From the IMG/VR virus record IMGVR_UViG_3300044506_000040: DNA of 64,000 nucleotides. The stretch is one strand, 5' to 3'. Under the pieces are notes generated by a model. That model was given only the letters and a program-made list of their open reading frames with translations, ran no database searches and had not been told where the DNA came from. Both the position numbers and the translations under genes were made by a program. Below, piece after piece: positions 57,909 through 64,000 of this stretch. This stretch comes from an uncultured virus (IMG/VR IMGVR_UViG_3300044506_000040). Lineage: Duplodnaviria > Heunggongvirae > Uroviricota > Caudoviricetes. How positions within the stretch are numbered: position 1 is the stretch's first letter; each line of letters opens with the position of its first letter.

Positions 57909-58643
57909 ATGTCAGATGGAACCGATGGCGCGAGCGCAGCCGACCTCGCTGCGGGTAATGCTCAAACCTACATGAACAACGCGCAGCAGTATGCGACTCA
58001 GGCTTCGACCTCTGCCGCGACCGCTTCGCAAGCAGCTGCTACTGCCTCCAACATCGCGCAGCTCTTTGCTGCCCAGTCGGCAGGCATTCAAGCATTGATC
58101 ACAGGTGATGCGCCTCCTGTGAAGGCGTTCCAAGATACGGACGTCCTAACGATCGTGCGGGCCGGTAAGCTCTACAGCGTGCCGTACGCCGTGATCCTCT
58201 CCGTCTTCGAAGCTCTCTTCTTGCAAGCGGGCAACAATCTGGAAGACGTGCAGAACCCGGCTGAAGCCCTGAGTAATCTGGGCGGGGTGGCCGCGAACAG
58301 CGTGAAGTCGAGCCTGGTGTCGAACACGTCCAGCAGTGAGACGGTCTCGACGTCCTTCTCGTTCACACCGGGTGCCAATGGCCTTCTCACCATCTTGAGT
58401 CAAGGTGGCTCGGGTGGTACGAACGCCATTTCGGTCGGCCCGCAAATTGCCGTCTCGCAAGCCGTGGGCTGTACGCTCATCAACAGCCTGAGCAACAACA
58501 GCGGCAGCTTTAACTTGGGCATCATGAGCGCGCAGTACTCGGTGACCAAGGGTGTGCCGGTGACGATCACGGTGACGCAGACCGCACCGACCAATACGAC
58601 GAGCAGCTCGCTCTCGTCCTTCTTCATCTATCTGCCGAGTTAA
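57909..58643 (+). CDS. short tail fibre-like protein
   Basis: NNLEDVQNPAEALSNLG fibre motif; beta-sandwich tip. Confidence 0.7.
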   Translation: MSDGTDGASAADLAAGNAQTYMNNAQQYATQASTSAATASQAAATASNIAQLFAAQSAGIQALITGDAPPVKAFQDTDVLTIVRAGKLYSVPYAVILSVFEALFLQAGNNLEDVQNPAEALSNLGGVAANSVKSSLVSNTSSSETVSTSFSFTPGANGLLTILSQGGSGGTNAISVGPQIAVSQAVGCTLINSLSNNSGSFNLGIMSAQYSVTKGVPVTITVTQTAPTNTTSSSLSSFFIYLPS

Positions 58644-58648
58644 AACAA

Positions 58649-59374
58649 ATGACGGGAACAGCAACCTACTTCTTCATGTCCACAGGTGGAGTGGGGATGA
58701 CGCCGGATGGAACGATCCCGGCTGGCGCGGTGATTTGTACGGAAGCCCAGTACGAGAACCCGCAGCAGTACTACATCGACAGCAGCACGGAACCGCCGAC
58801 GATCCAACCGATTGCCGCTGCGTCCGCGTTGCAGTTAGCGCAAGCTGCGCAGATCATGAAAATCAGCCAGGCTTGTCAGGGTGCGATCTACTCGGGTTAC
58901 CTGTCGAACGCACTCGGTAGTGAATACCTGTATCCGTCGAAGGCGACTGACCAGGTGAACATGCTCTCGTCGCTTGTGTCGGCGATGGGTTTCGTGCTCT
59001 TTAACTCCGAAGACTGGAAGCCCAATACGCAACTGGTCGAGGGCGAGTGCACGTGGTTGAACAGGCAGCTGTACATCGTGGTGCAAGGCGGGACCACCTC
59101 CAGTGAACCACCCAACTGGCCGAGTACGCCCGGTGCGACGGTGGTGGACGGCTCGGTGATTTGGGATATGTGGACGACACCCTTCTGGTGCGCTGACATG
59201 TCGCAAGATCCACCGGACTGGGAGTTCCGTAACCACACGCTGCGTCAGATTTGGCAGGTCGGTTCGGATGCCAAAACCGCGGTGCTGCAAGAGATGGCTG
59301 AGAACACGATTCTTGGCTATCAAGTGTACGCCGCAACGACAATCCAACAAGTGGAGGCTATCCAATGGCCGTGA
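58649..59374 (+). CDS. tail fibre assembly chaperone (DUF4376-like) with inserted carbohydrate-binding-like module
   Basis: IPAGAV.CT..QY, SNALGSEYLYPS..TDQ.N, FWCAD...HT..QI.QVG.D...I.W. Confidence 0.7.
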   Translation: MTGTATYFFMSTGGVGMTPDGTIPAGAVICTEAQYENPQQYYIDSSTEPPTIQPIAAASALQLAQAAQIMKISQACQGAIYSGYLSNALGSEYLYPSKATDQVNMLSSLVSAMGFVLFNSEDWKPNTQLVEGECTWLNRQLYIVVQGGTTSSEPPNWPSTPGATVVDGSVIWDMWTTPFWCADMSQDPPDWEFRNHTLRQIWQVGSDAKTAVLQEMAENTILGYQVYAATTIQQVEAIQWP

Positions 59375-59808
59375 AATACGCTTTCGCAAAGAATCCACCG
59401 AACCTGAAGGACAAGTTCATCTGCTGGTGGCGCCATGGTCCGTATTTCCATACGGAAGTGATCCTGGCTGAGAATGCAGACGGTACGTACACGATCGCGT
59501 CAGCTGTCCCGGGCACGGGCGTGCGCACCGCGTACAACCAACAGCTGCCCGCCGATCAGTACGACATCCTCGAAGGTCCCGGTGATCTCGATGCAGCTAA
59601 GGCATGGTTCCAAGCCCACGACGGCGAGGGTTACGACTGGTTCGGTCTGCTCGGTTTCGTCTTCAGTCCCATCAAGGACGTGGCGCGCAACAAGTGGTGG
59701 TGCAGCAATGCTGACCTCACCGCAGCGGGTCTGACCGAGTCGGCTTGGCGCTTCGATCCGAACTCGATGTACGCACTCATCAAGGATCTTTCGATGGTGC
59801 CGGCATAA
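59365..59808 (+). CDS. permuted papain-like (NlpC/P60, YiiX-type) protein
   Basis: YFHTEV...GEGYDWFGLLG...KWWCS, with His before Cys. Confidence 0.7.
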   Translation: MAVKYAFAKNPPNLKDKFICWWRHGPYFHTEVILAENADGTYTIASAVPGTGVRTAYNQQLPADQYDILEGPGDLDAAKAWFQAHDGEGYDWFGLLGFVFSPIKDVARNKWWCSNADLTAAGLTESAWRFDPNSMYALIKDLSMVPA

Positions 59809-59843
59809 AGCCATGGGTCGGGGAAACCCGGCCCCTTATGCCG
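59801..59843. terminator. hairpin with CGGCATA/TATGCCG flanks
   Basis: cggcataa...gggtcggg-gaaa-cccggccc-c-ttatgccg. Confidence 0.65.
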
Positions 59844-59877
59844 CGAAATGCTATGATTCTCTAACTGGAGACCAAGA

Positions 59878-60417
59878 ATGGGTGCACAAACTCCGGGCCA
59901 ACAATTGGCCAATGCAGTTGCCTCTTTGGCTGAAAACATCACGGGTCTCGCCCCCGGGTTGGGTAACATCGCCGGCGATGATGCAGATGCGAAAGTCCAA
60001 GCGACCAACGCTGCTGCTTCCGCAACCGCCGCTGGTACGAGTGCCACGAACGCCGCGAATAGCGCAAGCGCTGCTGCGACGTCGGCCACTGCCGCGTCGG
60101 GTTCTGCCACTGCTGCCAGCACGTCCGCTTCGGCTGCTTCGCTGAGCGCGACCAACGCCAGTGGTTCGGCTTCGGCTGCATCGACTTCTGCCGGTAACGC
60201 CTCGACGTCGGCCACGAATGCAGGCTCGTCGGCCACCGCGGCACAGACTGCTGCCACCAATGCATCGGGTAGCGCAACCGCTGCCGCGAGTAGTGCTTCG
60301 GCTGCATCCGCCTCCGCCGCCTCGGCTGCGTCGAACCTGGCTGCCATGCCCACGATCACCATCTCGACGGCCGGACCGTCCGGTGGTAAGAATGGTGACC
60401 TCTGGTTCCAGTACTGA
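59878..60417 (+). CDS. short fibre protein with terminal docking motif
   Basis: TPGQQLANAV anchor; Ala/Ser shaft; ends ISTAGPSGGKNGDLWFQY. Confidence 0.7.
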   Translation: MGAQTPGQQLANAVASLAENITGLAPGLGNIAGDDADAKVQATNAAASATAAGTSATNAANSASAAATSATAASGSATAASTSASAASLSATNASGSASAASTSAGNASTSATNAGSSATAAQTAATNASGSATAAASSASAASASAASAASNLAAMPTITISTAGPSGGKNGDLWFQY

Positions 60418-60419
60418 TT

Positions 60420-61169
60420 ATGCCAGCGCTCACCAACGTAGCCGGCACGTGGGATGAAGTCAAGAAGGTCTACGCCAATGTGGCGGGGACCTGGAAACCT
60501 ACGAAAGCCGGCTGGCAAAACGTGAATGGCACGTGGGAACAAATCCACGCGAATCATTCCTACGAGGTCTATTCCCTAGGCCTTCAGCAAATCGTCTACC
60601 CCGCAGCCAATCGCGGTCTGTGGATGGATGGCGTACAGGTGTTTGCAGGCAGTCGCTCGTACAACGTCGTGCTCTTCGACAACTTCGGTAACATCAGTGA
60701 CACGAAAACATTCGATGTCTTTGGTGACGGAGGCTCGACGGCTGCGGGTTCCGCCACAGCGAACATGATCAGTTACCTGAACGGACTGAACAACGGACAG
60801 CTCTACCTGATCTTCACCTACGACGAACCGCAAATGGGCGCGGCGAATCTGACGAACGTCATGAGTGCCACGATGTTCGGCAATCAGGTAGATTCGATCC
60901 TGACCGCAAGCATTGCGTATCGGGGCGCGTACATTGTGTTTGGTTATAAGGGCCAAGAGCCCTGCATCGAACGCTGGTGCGGTACTGAGTCGACCAACGT
61001 GAACGGTACGGGTCAAACGGGTACGGCTGATGGCGTCTTCAACCTGACCTTTCAGATCTACTCGCAACTGGGTCCGCAAGGCAAGTTCGCGAATCTGTCT
61101 TGGCTCTATCAAGGTGGTACGGAAGACATCGGTACTGAGGCTGGAACGATCAGTGTCGCTGGCATCTAA
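60420..61169 (+). CDS. putative fibre-tip adhesin with ILEI/PANDER-like domain
   Basis: Three NVxGTW repeats, then RSYNVV.FD..TFDV..YLNGL..TYDEP..YRGAY..GYKG. Confidence 0.65.
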   Translation: MPALTNVAGTWDEVKKVYANVAGTWKPTKAGWQNVNGTWEQIHANHSYEVYSLGLQQIVYPAANRGLWMDGVQVFAGSRSYNVVLFDNFGNISDTKTFDVFGDGGSTAAGSATANMISYLNGLNNGQLYLIFTYDEPQMGAANLTNVMSATMFGNQVDSILTASIAYRGAYIVFGYKGQEPCIERWCGTESTNVNGTGQTGTADGVFNLTFQIYSQLGPQGKFANLSWLYQGGTEDIGTEAGTISVAGI

Positions 61170-61180
61170 CAGGAACAAAC

Positions 61181-61939
61181 ATGACTACTCCCCAACAACA
61201 ACTCAACACGAACGTTGGTACGCTTGCTTCCGAGATTGAGAGTCTGGGGAGTGGCTTTGCTGCGGTGCAAGCCGACGAGCAAGGCTCAGCAGCCCAGGTA
61301 ACCGCGGCAGCCAATAGCGCTTCTGCGGCCGCCAGTTCTGCCTCCTCAGCGTCCACCTCCGCCACCAACGCCAGTAGCAGTGCATCTGCTGCCTCGACCA
61401 GCGCGACCAATGCTGCCACCTCCGCTACGAATGCGGGGAGCTCCGCCACCCAAGCCGCTAACAGTGCGACCACGGCATCGAGCAGTGCCAGTTCCGCCTC
61501 CTCGTCCGCGAGTAGCGCGAGCAGTTCCGCCTCCAGTGCCTCAGCCTCCGCCTCCAGTGCGCAGGCTGCATTGAATGCAATGAACAGTGGCGCAGTGGCC
61601 CCGACCATTGGTTCGTCCTTGCACGGCACGATCATCGCTGCCGGGACCAGCCAGCAGTGCGTGGCGTCCTTCACCGCGCCTGTAGCAGGCTGGGTGGTGG
61701 CGATGGGACACACGAACGTGTCCTCGCCTAACCCGGCGGGTATTGCGTATAACCTGAGCATTAATGGCAACAACGTCTCGGGCGATAACACGCTGCTCTC
61801 ACAATGCCACATTGGTTCCATCTACGTGGGTGCGGGCACCGCGGTGACCTGTGTCTACTCGGGCACGAATAGCACGGGCTCGAACAGTAACGCACTCTCG
61901 ATGTACTGCGATTGCTTCTTCATTCCTGCTGTGCTGTGA
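61181..61939 (+). CDS. short fibre protein
   Basis: TPQQQLNTNV anchor; poly-ASS shaft; FTAPVAG tip. Confidence 0.7.
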   Translation: MTTPQQQLNTNVGTLASEIESLGSGFAAVQADEQGSAAQVTAAANSASAAASSASSASTSATNASSSASAASTSATNAATSATNAGSSATQAANSATTASSSASSASSSASSASSSASSASASASSAQAALNAMNSGAVAPTIGSSLHGTIIAAGTSQQCVASFTAPVAGWVVAMGHTNVSSPNPAGIAYNLSINGNNVSGDNTLLSQCHIGSIYVGAGTAVTCVYSGTNSTGSNSNALSMYCDCFFIPAVL

Positions 61940-61946
61940 GGTCTCC

Positions 61947-62708
61947 ATGAGTAACGAGAACACTCCAGCATTAGTGGCGACGGATGTCAATGCGCTCGCT
62001 GAGACGATGCAGTCCCTGGCCAGTGCGATCAATGCCAGTGTGGCGAAGAATGGAAACCTGCAAGGCAGTCTCATGCAGATCCTGACCTCGGCCCATGCAG
62101 CCGCGTCCAGTGCGACAGCCGCGTCCAGCTCCCAGGGTGCTGCCACAGCTTCTGCTACTGCCGCAAACACGTCCAAGACGAATGCAGCCAGTAGCGCCAG
62201 TGGGGCATCCACGTCTGCCACCAATGCCGCAGCCTCAGCCACAACCGCCGCTACCGCGGTGACGAACGCAGGGAACTCGGCGAGCGCTGCCTCAACGTCT
62301 GCCGGACAGGCTTCGACATCGGCGACCAATGCAGCGGGTTATGCAGCACGTACTGCGAACTTCAAGCAGGTGGCGCCGGCCAAGGGAGCGAGTTGGTTCA
62401 GTGGTGCGAACACGGGAACCTTTACCGTGTCAGTCGCCATCACCGCTCCGGGCACTGGACACATCTTCGCCATCGGGATCATGAATGCGGCAGGCGTTGC
62501 AGCTACTGCACCCACGGTTTCGTTTACGGCTAACGGTGCGCAGATCTGCGCTTCGGAAGTGTGCGGATTGAACGCCAAGCTGGAAGGTTCGGTGGCAGTC
62601 AGTACAGGTCAGGCCATCACGCTGACGTTGTCAGTCGCATGCGGTGATCCCACGGAAGCAGCAGCGAGCATCTATGTGTTTGGCTTCTTTGTTCCGTCAG
62701 CAAATTAA
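61947..62708 (+). CDS. short fibre protein
   Basis: NTPALVATDVNALA anchor; Ala/Ser shaft; ITAPGTG tip. Confidence 0.7.
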   Translation: MSNENTPALVATDVNALAETMQSLASAINASVAKNGNLQGSLMQILTSAHAAASSATAASSSQGAATASATAANTSKTNAASSASGASTSATNAAASATTAATAVTNAGNSASAASTSAGQASTSATNAAGYAARTANFKQVAPAKGASWFSGANTGTFTVSVAITAPGTGHIFAIGIMNAAGVAATAPTVSFTANGAQICASEVCGLNAKLEGSVAVSTGQAITLTLSVACGDPTEAAASIYVFGFFVPSAN

Positions 62709-62717
62709 GGATTCGTT

Positions 62718-63389
62718 ATGGATACTCCATCAAAACAACTCGCAGACAACCTCAGTGGATTGACGGCTAGCCTTGCGGGGTTGGTGCCGGGGTTGGGTAG
62801 CAATCAAGCTGCGGACATTGATGCTCAGGCACAAGCGGCAGCTGCAAAGATTGATGCGCAGAATGCATCGGCAGCTGCGACCGCGGCTTCACAAAGCGCC
62901 ACCCTGTCGTCGGGCAGTGCGCAGCAAGCGTCGGGCTTTGCCACCAACGCCTCAGCCAGTGCCTTGGATGCCGAGACCAGTGCCTCGAAAGCCACGTACT
63001 TGGCGGCGCAAGCGATTGCAGCGAACAACGCAGCGACGACCAGTGCCAGCAATGCCGCGGCTTCAGCTACGGCTGCCGCAAGTAGCGCCCAGACGTCGCT
63101 GACCAATGCGGCGAGCGCCGCTCAGGCCGCGTCGTCCGCTGCGGTAGCGGCTGCTCAATTTAAGAACTCGGGTGCAGACCCGACAGCACTGAGCCTCACG
63201 CAATCTCCCTTCGTGTGGCAAGCGCCCGCAGATGGGATGGTGATTGTGGACGGCACGGGTATCACGCTGTCCTACACCCGCAACTCGACCACGCTGCCTC
63301 TGACGGCAGCAACGTTTCCGGTATTCAAGGGCGACACCATCACGGTGACGTTCGACGAAGCACCCACGATGAACTTCATCCAGAGGTAA
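62718..63389 (+). CDS. short fibre protein
   Basis: TPSKQLADNL anchor; shaft; SPFVWQAPADG...GDTITVTF tip. Confidence 0.7.
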   Translation: MDTPSKQLADNLSGLTASLAGLVPGLGSNQAADIDAQAQAAAAKIDAQNASAAATAASQSATLSSGSAQQASGFATNASASALDAETSASKATYLAAQAIAANNAATTSASNAAASATAAASSAQTSLTNAASAAQAASSAAVAAAQFKNSGADPTALSLTQSPFVWQAPADGMVIVDGTGITLSYTRNSTTLPLTAATFPVFKGDTITVTFDEAPTMNFIQR

Positions 63390-63392
63390 GTG

Positions 63393-64000
63393 ATGAGCAG
63401 TGATGGTACTTCTTCATCTGACTTGAGTGCACTGCTTACTTCGATTGCTGGCTTTACCACGATCTTTGAGGATCTGTTTGCCCTCGAAATCACAGCAGCG
63501 AACAGTGCAACCGTTCAGGCCCAAAACGCAAGCACCTTTGCGGCTGCTGCCGCGACGAGTGCTGCATCTGCCTCTTCGTTGGTAGCCACGGTCGCGAACG
63601 ATGCGACTGCTGCGCTTACGAATGCAACCAATGCAGGAACCAGTGCAACGACGGCGGCGTCTGCCGCGACTCAGGCTGCTGGTTCCGCAACGACGGCGAG
63701 CTCCGCTGCCACGACGGCACAAAACGCGGCCAATGCCGCCGCTGCTGTGCAGGCTCAACTGAATACGTTGTATGAGTTCAGTTCGACCGGTGGCTCCGTC
63801 ACACTCAGCGCTGCGCAGGCATCGGCTGGGATTATCTGGGTGCAGGGTAACCTCACCAGTAATCTGACGATCACACTGCCGGCCACCGTCCACACGTTCA
63901 TTCTGGATAACTCGACCACGGGTATCTACACCGTCACGGTGAACATGACAGGTGGAACGGCTTCGGTGGGTGTGGGTCAGGGCAACGCGAACCAGTTGTT
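63393..64000 (+). CDS. fibre protein (truncated by window edge)
   Basis: Not in the ORF track. MSSDGTSSSDL...Ala/Thr shaft...VTLSAAQASAGIIWVQGNLTSNLTITLP...NSTTGIYTVTV. Confidence 0.7.
   Translation, partial: MSSDGTSSSDLSALLTSIAGFTTIFEDLFALEITAANSATVQAQNASTFAAAAATSAASASSLVATVANDATAALTNATNAGTSATTAASAATQAAGSATTASSAATTAQNAANAAAAVQAQLNTLYEFSSTGGSVTLSAAQASAGIIWVQGNLTSNLTITLPATVHTFILDNSTTGIYTVTVNMTGGTASVGVGQGNANQL

Noticed and set aside
54773..64000. Diversity-generating retroelement or shufflon acting on fibres
   Set aside because: No reverse transcriptase, invertase, TR/VR pair or inverted cassettes seen in this window

Overview
This window is a segment of a high-GC phiKZ-like (nucleus-forming, Chimalliviridae-type) jumbo phage, probably infecting Burkholderiales, judged from a Burkholderia-like LivK gene and fibre motifs. 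All assignments come from motif recognition and gene order; no database search was run. 1-31.7 kb is the conserved phiKZ-like core block. It holds a virion RNA polymerase beta' fragment, the exonuclease half of the split family B DNA polymerase, internal-head/ejection proteins with AxE protease sites, baseplate proteins and an inserted muramidase endolysin. 31.8-54.7 kb is a + strand accessory block. It holds Tmk, ThyA, a NUDIX-like protein, NADAR, an HNH-type protein, a solo LivK and a BCS1-like AAA ATPase. It also holds out-of-place paralogues of structural genes (one tail-tube-like, two prohead-protease-like) and a protein ending in an antitoxin-like peptide, which together may form a decoy/counter-defence island. 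54.8-64 kb is an array of at least eight Ala/Ser/Thr-rich fibre genes with shared N-terminal anchors and different C-terminal tips. A recurrent GCATA-hairpin-TATGC element marks operon boundaries. No tRNA, rRNA, CRISPR array or transposase was seen.
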